A program made the translations under genes and the position numbers. Under the pieces are notes generated by a model, which was given only the letters and a program-made list of their open reading frames with translations, was not told where the DNA came from and did not search any database. From Marsupella aquatica (lineage: Eukaryota; Plantae; Marchantiophyta): DNA of 64,000 nt. Below are positions 51,341-64,000 of this stretch, one piece after another (the stretch's first letter is position 1; each line of letters opens with the position of its first letter). The DNA is taken from assembly GCA_973895155.1 (NCBI GenBank), contig OZ316895.1, forward strand, positions 24,495,538 through 24,559,537. The letters run 5' to 3'.

Positions 51341-54300
51341 CTGGTCATAAGGGTGTTGTGGCTATGCTGGTCTTGCAACCATGTTGTTGCCAAGCCCGAT
51401 GCTAAAACATTGCATGGATACATTGACGTAAGGTAAAGAACTGTTGATTAAAAGCTGGGGTTTTTAGGTGGATCAAACTGAAAATATTAGATTTTCCATA
51501 ATTCTTTCTTGCCCAATTCATGGGAAAAGTGTTTGTCAATGCGGAGATCTTGTTCAAAATAGCACATGAAATTATGTAATCAAATAATGTAATTCAAGTC
51601 AACACAAAAATATGGGATAAGGCGCAAATAGGTGATGAGAGTACACGGGCAAGAGTTGGGCAAGAAATATTTATTGTTAATGATAGTTACAAAAGATGGA
51701 ACAAAAAACTGGACAAAAGATGCAAATGTATGGCGACAAAGAGTTGGGATCCCGACTGGGGCAAGAAATAGGGCAAAAGCGAGACTAGTAGAGATGAGGG
51801 GGCATGTCAAGCAAGACATGTCTTGTGAAAAAAAGATGTTGGGAGCTTGATGTTCTTGGCCTTTATTTAAGATGCATTTTTTGAAAAGATTAATTTAAGA
51901 GTGTTGGAGGTATAGATGAAATAACAAATTTGGGACCGGTTGTCTACAAAATGTAAAACAAAAATATAATAAAAACATGTAAAAACAGTTGACTCTGCTT
52001 TTGCATTTTTATTTTATTTTGGAATAAGATGTTGTTTTGTTGTGAAAACTATACTATTGGGGAGAGCAAGGATGTGGGAGGGTGTGAGGGAATGGAAGAG
52101 AGATGATGACCCCAAGGTGCTTTGATACTATTGGGAGGGGAATATTTGAAGGTTTTCTCTCCCCCTTTTTCTATTTCTTCACTCCTATGCCACTCCAGTC
52201 CCTTTTTTTCTTGCATTGGCACCTTTAAATAAACAGAATAAAATGTACAATTAAATAGAAGAAAAGTAGGAGAGTCTCATAGGCTATGCAGAAATCCAAA
52301 AATTTATCATGCCCCAAGAGATTCTCCTTCCATTTGTGTGAATATTTCATATTTAGAAAAAAACACATTTAAGATGATCAGATGATGTCTCATAGGTATC
52401 ATCTCATATACTATGTCATTTCATATACTTTGTATTTTACTATTAAAATAAATATATCATTTGACATACCTGGTCAATCAATTCAAGAGCACAAAAAAGT
52501 CTTTGAAAAATCTGATTTGTTCCCTCCATTTTTGAATTTGTAAGCAGACAAAAGAGCTTTTTAGCGGCATTGCATATTATAAACATAGATTTTGTAATTG
52601 ATATTTACTCTACTCATTTGGGCATCTTGTTGATATTGTCAAAGCATATCTTCCCCACCCAACTCTTAAAATAAAAAATATATTTTTAAATGGGCATCTC
52701 CAAATCCCAGGAATCAATGATTTCTTTCCTATGTTTTGTGAAGCAGTTGCAAACTGGCAAAAACCTCAATGGACTACAAGGGAAAATATATTCGACCTAT
52801 CTAATATCTACGTATAAAAATTAGGTATTAATGTTTGTTCTCTTTGTTTTTCTTTGTATCATTTCACCAGGAGCTTAAGAATGAATCCGTGGACCCCCAT
52901 GTTCATCCAAGGAATGTGTGTGTGATGAAGTGAAATCAATGATGAGTGATGAGTCTCCCGATGGTCTTGGTGTGTGCTCATACAAAAGAAATTGCTCAAA
53001 AGATAGAAGAGATTTATCAAACGAAAGTTGAATGTGGAGGAATTGAGTTTTTTGATGGTTTTTGCTTACACATTAGAGAAATTGTGTTTCTACCATTCCT
53101 GATTGATTGTTTGTGAGTTACATTGAGCATTACCGCCACAAGACAAACTGGAGGACAACACTCAGTTGTTGGCAAAAGAGTGCTTGTCGATTCGGTGGGA
53201 AGAACACACAAAACGAACAAGCCATCACTTTACATGAAGGATTTGTAGTTTTTTTTAGTTAAGAAAGCTATGGTGCAAGGAAGAGACAAACAATTGTTTC
53301 TTTGACATAGAGGTTGCATTTGACATCAACCTGTGTTCAGAATGAGCTTAAGTTGAGGACTAGAGGAATGCGAACAATTCAAGCCAAGAAGCAAGCATTG
53401 TGGACAGGCGATGGCGACATAATCAAAAAAACTCAATTTGCAACGACTAAGTTTGTGACGGTGACGAGATTGTGATATCTCTTAATCGAGAAAGAGTTTC
53501 CAATGAGCCTCAGATTGACAAATTTTGTCAAGTTCCAAATGAGCTTTTGAATTTCTTTGCCTTTCCAATGAGTGAGAATAATTTTTTTGATCACGAGTCA
53601 TGAATTCTTTTAGCTTTCCAACATTGAGTCCAACATTGACAAATTTCATGTCGGATTTTGTCACAGTACTAAAGACATCATGAGATTTTCAATCTCTCTA
53701 ACTTTCTAATGTGTGACATTGAGATTATTCGTCAAGAATTAAAGAGATCATGACAATTTGAATTTCTCTAGTTTTCCAATGAAGTCAACCTAACATTGAT
53801 AGATTTTGTCCAGTACCAAGGAGATGATGAGTTTTTAATTTTACTCTAACTTTCCAATGACTGACATTAAGAGATTTTATCAAGACAATACTAAAGAGTT
53901 CACGAGTTTCTAAATCTTGATCTTGAGTTTTCCAATGAATCAACATTGACAAATTTTATCAAGTACTAAGAAGATTTATTATTTAGTTTTACAATGTGAA
54001 GCCAAAGTGTTTTTAACTATGTACATTTCTATCGATTTGTTTTTTCAAACTTGCAAACAATTATTTTACAAACATTTTGATATAAAACACACATATATAT
54101 ATATATATCTTTGACAAACATCAAAATGGTAACTTTATTTTACTAAATGACATCTCTTCCTTTGTATTTTGGATTTTTTTACGTTTGATATTTACGGCAT
54201 GGCGCCCCAAAAATTACATTGCTTTTGCCACAAACAGGAATGTGCACGTTTGTTATTGTTAAAAGTAGGATCATTCCTGTTTGTGGCTGGTTGTGGTGAT

Positions 54301-55930
54301 GTGGTGCAACCTCATGGCAGAGAATTTGCAAGAGACCCCTAATGGGGGTCCGTAAAGAAAGACTTTGGAAAGTAAAGCCTGGATGGACTTGTATCTTGTC
54401 TCCAGTCATCCCCATATATGGATTGTGATAGGGAAACTGAGCACTTTAAACAAAATCATGAGAGAATGTACATAATAAAATAATGTTCTCATATCATTTG
54501 ACTGTTAACCTACATTTTTGTTACATGAAGTAGATTGAGTACACCTAAAAGTGAAATGAAATCCTGCATGGAATGGACTGAAGGTTTCCATTTAGTTTTG
54601 CATCTGAAATCTTCAGTACCTCTGCAAACATAATAGAATGAGATACAATTGAAACTCATGTTCACACATGTCCAAAACTCACAATCATTTTCACGACAAT
54701 CAAACAGAGATTGCAGCCAACAATACACAATTGATCACGCCCAATCCAATCACACATGCATGTCAAGCCCAATGCATCTTTCACTCAAGGAATCCACGTT
54801 CATGTGCACACAACCTGGTCGGCCACACCATAGCCGCCAAAGCTCATGCTTGAAGGCTCAACATGGAAAGATGAGGCCTCCAAGCCACCACAAACGATTA
54901 CTATCAGTCCAAAAGTAATGAAACCCTCAAATGCTCAAATAGCACACATATGAAAGCTATAAACCCTTACAACACTATATATTCTAATAGCACTCATAAT
55001 GGTGTCACCAAAATGAGATTCCATAATATGCTTTGCAAATTAACCATAGAACTTGCTTTGAAATGACAAATTATTACACTTCAATCTCATGAGCAATGTT
55101 CTATGAAAATCACTTGAGAGTTCCCCTTGTGGAAATTGTTTCATTGGTTCATGAGTCCGTGCTGCTTGCTTCCCCTTTTTGTGGGATTTTTGCAATCTAT
55201 TATAAACATAAAAATATTCTTGAGTAAAATTGAGTTATTTTTTATTTTAATCATTGAACAAACTACTTGAGGCACTATCAGTAAATTGTGAAGCGCTTAG
55301 TTGACACATAATTTTATTTACCATAAGGGCTAAATAAGGTACTCAAAAACCTAAATGTACCTTGTATATTTTATCTTTTCTATTGTACTACTCTAGACAT
55401 TCAATAGATAGAGTGACTATCTTATGGAAAAAGGATATTAAGAGAATACAATGAAGCTGCAATCATTGCTATTCTAGTTAGTACATGGTACCCTTGGACA
55501 AAAGTGGTGCTCTTACAAGGTACTTTTGGACAAAGGTGGACATGAGTGGTGATCTGACAAATTTATTTTAGATAAGTGTAAAAGGTACTATTCAAGCATA
55601 TCTCTATTTTGAATCAAGTCCATCCAAGTTTGGTTTGTCCATGGGGGTTTCATGGACAACGTACCAATCCATCCGGGCTTTAAGTTCACAATTTTGTCTG
55701 TATTTAACCAATAAAAAAATCTTTGGCAGAAACAATTATTACTATAGTGTCATTTTGGAAACTAAAGCCCGGATGGACTGCTACTTTGTATCCAATTCTT
55801 TTTTTGTCACCATAAGAACATTATGTGCACCTAGAAATCAAATTGAAAATGTGAATGGAATAGAATGAAGGTGCACATTTAAGATCTTCCGTAGCTCCGC
55901 ACACAGCTAGGGACAAAGTATTCAAAGCAC

Positions 55931-56170
55931 TCTTTGTAACAATAGCAGCCCCGTATGAAAAACTGGATTTTGGGTAGCTTGGCAGTGGAAAAATTACTCG
56001 AAGCATTCTTTGTAACAATAGCAGCCCCGTATGAAAAACTGGATTTTGGGTAGCTTGGCAGTGGAAAAATTACTCGAAGCATTCTTTGTAACAATAGCAG
56101 CCCCGTATGAAAAACTGGATTTTGGGTAGCTTGGCAGTGGAAAAATTACTCGAAGCATTCTTTGTAACAA
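55931..56170. repeat. Tandem repeat, 3 x 76 bp, essentially perfect
   Basis: CTTTGTAACAATAGCAGCCCCGTATGAAAAACTGGATTTTGGGTAGCTTGGCAGTGGAAAAATTACTCGAAGCATT three times. Confidence 0.92.
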
Positions 56171-57446
56171 GAGCAACACTCTGAAAAATAGGATTCATCA
56201 ACAATACTCCCAGAAAGTAAAATCTCAAGTAGCTCAATAGCAATAAATTAGTCAAAATGCTTTCTATAACAAGAGCAATGGTCTCTGAACAATAGGATTC
56301 CGCAACAATACTTATGCAAGTTAAAATTTCCTTTAGCTGCGCAATAGAACAATTACTACAATTCTGACAAGAAGAGAAATGTTGTATAAAAAGAAAGATT
56401 TTGTAACAACATTTTTGGAAGTAGTATACTCATTTTGCAAAGTATCAAATGAATGTCCTAGCTACAATTGGGGCTAGAATCTCTGACTAGAAACTATGTA
56501 AAAAAATTGTAATATATTTGTGAGAATTGAGTTTATTTGGGCTTTAGATTTGTTGAGATATTTTCCCCCTAGCCTCCTAGGTAAGAATTGTTTTCTTGGT
56601 TCACGAGTCATTATGTTGTGTTTGCTTCCTCCCTTTTGTGTGGCTTATAAACAGAAAAAAACATTTATGAGAAAGTTAAGTTCATTTGGTTTTTACCATT
56701 GAGTGATTACTTGAGGTGATATGAGCGGGGATATGAGTAAAATGTAAAGCACTCTATCTAGTACTCAAAGTTTCATCTACAATGTATGCCAAATAAGGTC
56801 TTGGGGGTGTCACTTCCACAAAATAACATATCACGTGCGACAAAGGATAAAGTTGTTTTATTGGTTGTAAGGGAAGACTTAAGAAATTTTTGGCAAGAAC
56901 ATCTATTAGGGTCTATTAAATCCAATCTTGAGACTTAGAAGAACATTACTTAGGGTTTTTTTAATTAAAAAATTTCAACTTTATAGGGGTATAATTTATT
57001 TATTTATTTTTACATTTTGGGGGCCTCTAAAACGTCACAGGTGATGGGGAGGCCTCCATAATTATAGTGAGGCCACCAAGGATAAGGTATGGATAAGAGT
57101 GAAACTGCTATATGGTGAATCCACCTTCCAATATTTTGTCTTATTCAAATTTCTTTTCTTGTGTATTTTTAATTCAATGTATCTTACCAAGGTTCATCCC
57201 TTGTAAGTTTAGATTTTGAATTTATTCTGGCACCTCTCTAAATTTTTTAATCTTTGCTATATTTGAGATCATCCTCCCTTTAACAAAGGTCACTGAATTT
57301 GTAGCCCTTATTCTCATGATTGAAGAATAAATGATCTAAATAAAGTGCACTCCTTGTTTCTTTAAGTTCTACTCATGGTTTTGTGTCCTAAATTTATGGT
57401 TTTAATTAATTTCAATTGAGTGTCATTACCTAAGGTAAATATATAA

Positions 57447-57568
57447 GTATCTCTACTGGTGTACAGTATGTGCACAGCCCAATACCATAGACTTAAAACT
57501 TTTCCTGTATCTCTACTGGTGTACAGTATGTGCACAGCCCAATACCATAGACTTAAAACTTTTCCTGT
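57447..57568. repeat. Perfect tandem duplication, 2 x 60 bp
   Basis: GTATCTCTACTGGTGTACAGTATGTGCACAGCCCAATACCATAGACTTAAAACTTTTCCT occurs twice. Confidence 0.9.
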
Positions 57569-58035
57569 TCATTATGACTTTTCTTTCCATGTGTACTTTT
57601 ACTCTTGTAATTTATGTGCACAACTTTTCAATATCATAGGTCTACTATAGTCTTCCTAGTCATTGTCCTGTTTATATTTGCCACCAAAAAATTAGATCAC
57701 CTGCATTTCACTAAAAACAAAATAAAATGAAGCATGTTCCAAGATGAACATGCTATATAGTGAGGCTACCGAGGATAAGGTATGTATATGAGGACCTCAA
57801 TGTTTTATATTTTATCTTTTTTATTTAACTCTAAAAAATGGTTAGAGTAACCATGTGGAGGGGAAAGAGTATCAAGAATCAAGAACTATAATAAGAGGTT
57901 GTGCCAAAAAATGGTGTGGTCGTCATTCAAATTTGCCGGGCACAAAAATTGAAAAATTTGGTCAAAGATAAGAAATAATGCCAAAGTGTGAATTAGTTTA
58001 GTGTGACTCAAAAATAGTTGCACTATTGTCCGACA

Positions 58036-58198
58036 GAGATACTTGATGGACCCCCAAAATGCAAAGTGTTTCTTGATGGACCCATCAGTGATAGAGACCA
58101 TTGATAGATCTCAAATCAATGTACCCAAAAGCTCATGGGGTCTCATGGGGTCTATCAAATAAGACATTTCAATGTAGGGGTCCATCAAGTATATCTCT
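58036..58198. mobile_element. MITE nested in Helitron
   Basis: GAGATACTTGATGGACCCC ... GGGGTCCATCAAGTATATCTC inverted arms. Confidence 0.6.
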
Positions 58199-58959
58199 CA
58201 CCATTGTCCAAGCAAGAAATAATCACAAAGACAACAACAAAAGAGTGAATCAAAGACTTTAACACAATGCAAGAGGATCAACGAGGAGAGTTTTGTGTTA
58301 TTGTGGTAGGATGAATTTAATTGAAGATAGTGTTTTAATCAATAGAGTATTGCATACACTAATAAAAAACTATTCTCCCAATATTTGTGGTGTTTTTAGA
58401 GTCATTTGTACTGTCATTTTCAATGCCAGAAAACAAAAGCAATAAGGCCCAAAGACATATTAAAGAGCATGGCATGGGCATTGATGGCAAGGTGTCGGCC
58501 AAGTTTATAAGAAACAGTTCAAGAGAAAAAATGTTAAAAAGAAGGGGGAAAAAAACACCTCTCATTTTGTTCCCGATTTTGTTATACTTTTGTGGTGGTC
58601 ATAGCCAGTCTTTTGTGCAATGACATCTTTTATTTAAGAATAGTTTTTGTGCAAGGAGAAAAAAAAGTAAACTTCAAGGGAAAAATACAAAAAAAAACTA
58701 TTTCTGTTCTATCAAATTTTTGTGGGAGTCGTAGCACCGTATTTTTTGTAGTCTTTTACTCAACAAAAGTTTTCATTCTGCAATAACATATTTTAATGAA
58801 TAAGTCTTTTAATTCAACGACATCTTTTATGCAACGCAAGGGATTGAAAGGACAGCAACAGAACGACCATCTTTGCTAAACCCTAAACCCTAAACCTATG
58901 ATATAACGTTGCACCTATTTATAGGGTGGTCGTCATTTTGACGCAGGGGTATTTTGGGT

Positions 58960-59510
58960 GAAAAAATAAAACAAAACAAGAAAAAGAAAAAGAAAAAGAA
59001 AAACACAGACAAAGGAATAGGACCAAAAAAACCATGCCACCCCTTGGATGGAGGCTGAGATGACAGCATTGAGCCGCAACAATCCTGACTCTTGGTTGAC
59101 TCGCTCCTTCCCTCCTTCCTCGAATGGATTTTTTTCTAAACCAATACCCAGACCCCAGCCGTGCCGGGGCCCCACACCAACCACCCCCTCAGCGAAGGCC
59201 AACAGAGGCCTTACTCAGCCCAAGAGATGAAACACCTTTGACCAGAACTTAACATAGCCACTGACTGTCTACGGTGCACATCTATCCACTCTTTGGCCTG
59301 TAAGATCCTAGAATGTTTCCTACCCTGCGGAAAACGCCGGCTCACCGCAAACAGATGATCGGCAGCCTCTGAGAGAACCAATCCAAAGTCAAAGGTGCGT
59401 CTGCCACCCCGATGAAACATGTGAACATTACGTGGCCTCCAAACCATCCACAACATCTGGTACAGCATAAAGATCTTCACTGAGTGAACAACATCGTTTC
59501 CCTCCTTGAC
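58960..59510 (-). mobile_element. 3' fragment of an L1-type LINE (ORF2 C-terminus plus T-rich tail)
   Basis: Minus-strand ORF 59211-59534 contains LYQMLWMVWRPRNVHMF, resembling the LINE C-terminal LWxIWxxRNxxxF motif. A T-rich 3' region follows. Confidence 0.55.
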
Positions 59511-60559
59511 TTTGTACTTCACAACATCTTTCACATAAGGCCATCTTGGGTGAAATGACAGTTTTTTTCTTACAAGATCCGGTTACTTCATGATATCTTT
59601 GGCAAAATGACCAAGAAAATGACACCCATTTTTTAATGACATTTTTCACATAATGGCATCTTGGGCAACACAACATTGTTTCTAAACGACATCTTTGGCA
59701 AAATGACCCTCTTTTTTCTTAACAACATCTCTTGACTTCATGACATCTTTCACATAACATCTGTGGCAAAATGACTTTTTTTCTACATGATATCTTTTTA
59801 CTTCATGACATCTTTCACCTAATGACACCTTGGGCGACACGCCATTTTTGTCTTAGCAACATTTTGTGTGCAACGCACTGTATTGAGCTAGTTGGAAGAA
59901 TGAAGTGAAGCTGTCAACTAAAGTGCTCTGGCCACTGACAAAATTTATTCAAGACAGAAGTGATGACAAAGTTAATAATTATAGCCTGGAACATCCTTGG
60001 ACACAAGTGATGATTTGATTACTGTATTTTTTGAACAGAAATGTAGAAAGCAATATCCTTGCAATGAAGCATATTTTTCTGTTTTAATCAAGTCCATGCA
60101 GGTTTGGTTAATCCATCAGGGCTTCATGGACAACGTGCAGGTCCATTCGGGCTTTAAGTTGACTTCATCATCCTAACTTGTGCAATAAATGAATAAATCT
60201 TTCAATTTTGTACCTCTGACCTAGCAAAATATTTTAGAGTGCTTCTGAAACATGAAGATATTTTTGTGATGCAAATATAAGTGTATGAGCATTTTGATTT
60301 AAAGATTGACTTTCTAGTGTCTCGGGCCTGGTGCATGCATTATATTTAAAATTAGAAATTACACAAAACAGAAGAAATTATCTGCTTTGTTGACAGATAT
60401 TAAAGCAAACAAAAGTAGGGGTCCACAAACTAATTAATATAATTTCCCATGATTGTGACAAAATCTCATGAAGTTCTACTATTACTTGGCAAGTGAGATA
60501 CTTCCTGTACCTAACATGGCATGCAGAGTTATATATTTTTAAAATTTAGATAGGATGCT

Positions 60560-60725
60560 GGTGAGCTTGAAAGCAAGATAGGGTCATTTCTGTGAGCTGG
60601 TCTATCATCATCCATTCAATTATGAATTACATATCACTACAAGACAAAACAAAGAGGCAAGATGGTGAGCTTGAAAGCAAGATAGCGTCAGTTCTGTGAG
60701 CTGGTCTATCATCATCCATTCAATT
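60560..60725. repeat. Local duplication (~62 bp block, 104-bp period)
   Basis: GGTGAGCTTGAAAGCAAGATAG..TCTGTGAGCTGGTCTATCATCATCCATTCAATT occurs twice. Confidence 0.8.
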
Positions 60726-61094
60726 CAAATCTTTCATTCATGAAACTTTCAATTCAGGCTTCTATGATGTCAAAAGTGGGTAAACTTTTTATTTGCCAAA
60801 TGTTGTTACCGTGACAGTATTGTGACTATATTCTGTTGAATCATGTATGACCAGAAATACGTATGCACACAGTCATCTGAAAACTAACATGCAAATAGAA
60901 ATACAGTGGTTGACTGTGCTGTGTGGTACACCAAAAAGTAAATATACACAGTGAAATGGTATATATATGTGATGGAGGCCCAAGCGTGTAAACTTATGTA
61001 TAACAAAAGGGTGTAATAAAAATTGATGTATTGTAAATCAAATTGGGAACTGGTTGGATGCCAATATTTGTTGGGAGCATTTAAGGAATCATTA

Positions 61095-61261
61095 GGGCGT
61101 GTCAAAGTTCTCCCGTAACCAAAGTGTTACAGCTTTACTTGTTTGGACGTATCATCCTTATGGGGTACATATGTTGGTAGCCCATAGTGATTTTGTCCTG
61201 ACTGTAACAACATTTTAGGTCCTGAGTTGTAACTAAGTTACAGCTGTGCTTTGACACGCCC
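61095..61261. mobile_element. MITE (TIR GGGCGTGTCAAAG)
   Basis: TA-GGGCGTGTCAAAG ... CTTTGACACGCCC-TA. Confidence 0.7.
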
Positions 61262-63399
61262 TATTGTCTCACTCCATGTACACCCATATGTACAGAATGA
61301 TGAGCTGAAGTCAGAAGTGTTCTGAACACCTTGACAACAAGAAAACTAAGTGCAAAGAAACTTGTTGTGCTCTAAGAAGCCTTGGTCCAAACATTCCTCT
61401 AACAAACGCACTTGCTTCAAGAACCAACCAGGGCCTGATATAAGAAGTTAACCTAAATAATGTGAAGCTAACAAAGGGTGTTTGCTTAAACAATGTAATT
61501 ATGAAACTTCCTTCCAGAGCACCTAAATGAGAACCTAGCAAGGAAATGACCATCAAAATACATAACTAGCGGGTATGCAAGGGACAGGCTGACATACAAT
61601 GGAGGCAACTTCACTCTGCATGACATTTCTCTCATGGAGAACACCCCAGCAGTTATCCAGCATTCTTTAGGCAACTAGTATGCAATTGGCCCTTAAAACA
61701 CCGGCCCTAATTCTGGGTCATGGTAGCTCAAGACTTGCAGTGTCTTTTCATGCATGGTTGTCTTTAATTTTTTGTGGCTCTTTTTTTTAGGAGAGCGTCA
61801 TGGGCAGGAAATGTACTCTGCCTACCTCCTTCAAGCCTTACAAAACCCATATACATAGTATTTTCTAAGGGCAGGGGGGAGCTCATTTGACTTGATATGG
61901 TCCATACACCATTCCAAGTACTTTTCTCCTTTTATTTCTATGGTTGGTTACTAGGCATACCCCTGGCCTGGGGGTTAGAAGATTTTGGCCCCCCTGGCTA
62001 CTGTAGCCCACCTGTAGGGTTATGTAATTTCAAGCACAATTCTCAGGTAAAAAATTGAGAGAAATTATACTTGGTGTTTATGTGTGTTAATCTATGGCTA
62101 TTTGGGGCCATGGCTGTAACCTTCTCAGGCTCACGGTCTTCAGGAATTACATCTCACAATCCCCTTGGAGGGGGAGTGATGGGTTACCGTACATGTTAAG
62201 GTCATGCGTTCACTTACTAGAGTCTTTGCCCTGTTACTCCTATTTCTCAAATGGAAAGCTGGGCAGCATGGCAAACAGAACATAAATATCAGGTCCAATT
62301 ATAAGTGAACACAGCACCTGGAAGTACTATCAAACTCATATGGTACGCTTATGATTATACGGCCTCCTGTATTTCTTGTAGCTATGCCTCCTAAAGGGGA
62401 CAATATACCCTTAATCCCATACGTTTCGTCATACATGCGCATTTCCAGGACTATACTCCACTTGGAGCATAGTGAAGCTCGCGATGATTAGTGTGAGAAA
62501 CGAAAGGTTAGAAGGCGGGGGGCAGCCAGTGCCCACTACTCCGGAGGGGGACCATACAGCATGGGACCGCCACCTAACAGCCGCTGCCAACAGAAACGAC
62601 CCCCATGTGTAAAAAGTCGATCACGAGCAGAGCTGATTCGTGTTGTTCACGACATTTCATGGTGAGGGCGAGAGTGATGTGCGGAAGGCAGATATGGGGG
62701 AGTGAGCGACTGCGGACGATGCTGAATTGCTGAGAGCGGCGAGATATATCACACTGCCACTGCCAAAAAGACAGGAGCGCCAAACCGGGAGACACGGAGA
62801 CATGATCCCAAAGGCAAAAGGCAGGAAGAGCACCGGTCGCGGGTGTCATTAAGTTGTAGCTGGCTAGCTTGGCCGGCCATCGCTTGGAGGCTTCCCTTCG
62901 TCGGCACTCGGCAGCCGGCTGCAGTGTCTCAACTCTAGCCGGTGTTGGTAGAATCGTTGAGTACTGTTGGTGTAATCGTCGAGTTGTGAATTGTTACATA
63001 GCTGCTGCGTGTTGCGGGGTGCAATTGCCAATGCACTGTTACTGTAGCCGCACCTGCTTGCCTGCCAGCCAGGGAGGTCGATCGAGGTCGAGGCTGGCCT
63101 CCTTTGGGAGTGAGCGTGTGTCCATTCCGACTTCTCAATTCAGTCATCAGTCATCATCAAGAATGATGTCGGCTGCTATGATCATGGACCGCGAATATTA
63201 CCAATGGCTTGTTTTAATGCGACGCTTCGGAGCCTGTTGAAGCGTAGTGAGGCCGTCAGCATTGCGGTAAAAGTTGCGTAGGAGGGGAAGCAAGCCTACG
63301 GCAACAAGTGGATCCCGCAGTATTCGGCTTTCGTTCGGGTGGATTTTCATTCCGTTCCTCGCCCAATGACTGCCTACGAAATTGAAACGGAGAAATTTG

Positions 63400-64000
63400 C
63401 GTCTGCAGCCTCCGGCCACAATCCAACCCCCTAGCTCTTCTTCGCCTGTTCTAATCAATTCTGTTCTTCTCCGTCCGTCTCGTCGTTCCCACCGGGTTTT
63501 TATTTTCAGTTGGCAGTTTCTCGAGATTGGGACTCAGGATTTGCTCTCCGAAAATATTCGGCGTCCTCATAGACTGTGAGTTAATCATGATCTTCTCCTG
63601 AAATATGCTGTGCTTGAAACAATCTTGTCTGCTGGTTTTTGCTGTCAGCTTCCCGGTTTATGCATGTTGAATCGGACGACGTGCTCCTCGTTTTCAATCA
63701 CCTTCTCAGACATTGTGAGCCAATCGCGGTCATCTCCTGGGTCAACCTCTGTCCGCTCAGTGTCGATCCTGTCCGCTCAGTGTGACGAATTTCGAAACTG
63801 AAATGGATTTCTATAATTCTTGGTCTGTTCGTGTTCTCCTGAATCACTATCCGTCTTTGAGGTGCCAGTCTGCACTGGTTGGTTTCATTTTAAGTCACAA
63901 TGCCCGAATTAGAACGGAGCATTAATAACGTGCTCTGCATCTGCTCGAATCGTGTTAGTCAATTCCTGCGTTGATTCCGATCTTCTGATTGGGGGATGCA
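63400..64000 (+). other. Probable 5' UTR exon and first intron of a gene continuing beyond the window
   Basis: CpG-rich, CT-rich leader with a donor-like GACT|GTGAGT near 63576, followed by T-rich intron-like sequence. No recognisable coding sequence. Confidence 0.4.

Larger units (their letters stand above)
57879..59891 (+). mobile_element. Composite non-autonomous Helitron carrying a MITE, telomeric repeats and a LINE fragment
   Basis: 5' A|TCAAGAACTATAATAAGAGG..GGTCGTCATT; 3' GTGTGCAACGCACTGTATTGAGCTAG|T; GACATCTT minisatellite at about 59510-59860. Confidence 0.8.

Noticed and set aside
58877-58897. Telomere or telo-box promoter
   Set aside because: Only about 3 heptamers, inside a Helitron, with no adjacent gene. 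Reported as part of the composite element instead.
63382-63579. LRLQPPAT as NMD3 exon 2
   Set aside because: Only LQPP matches. The following residues lack W..ESKELL and WTEPHS, so it is likely chance.

Overview
Eukaryotic, gene-poor and transposon-rich land-plant DNA. The gene style looks bryophyte-like, possibly liverwort; this is inference only. Three complete spliced + strand genes can be built by hand: a class III secretory peroxidase (26302-28347, 3 exons, 349 aa), a Pro-rich protein with a C-terminal HMA domain (37265-38547, 4 exons, 213 aa), and the m6A-writer E3 ligase HAKAI (45239-48032, 3 exons, 545 aa). The most unusual feature is an intact N-terminal coding segment of the 60S export adaptor NMD3 (44836-45017). 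It lies only ~220 nt upstream of the HAKAI ATG on the same strand and ends in a splice donor. I found no remainder of NMD3 in the window. This suggests a shared NMD3/HAKAI transcription unit: a nested gene, an NMD3-derived uORF, or promoter capture. The rest of the window holds at least five non-autonomous Helitron copies carrying a GACATCTT minisatellite, PIF/Harbinger- and Mutator-like MITEs, Copia and LINE relics, and many short tandem duplications. A CpG-rich probable gene start lies at the right edge. Most ORFs in the supplied track are spurious.
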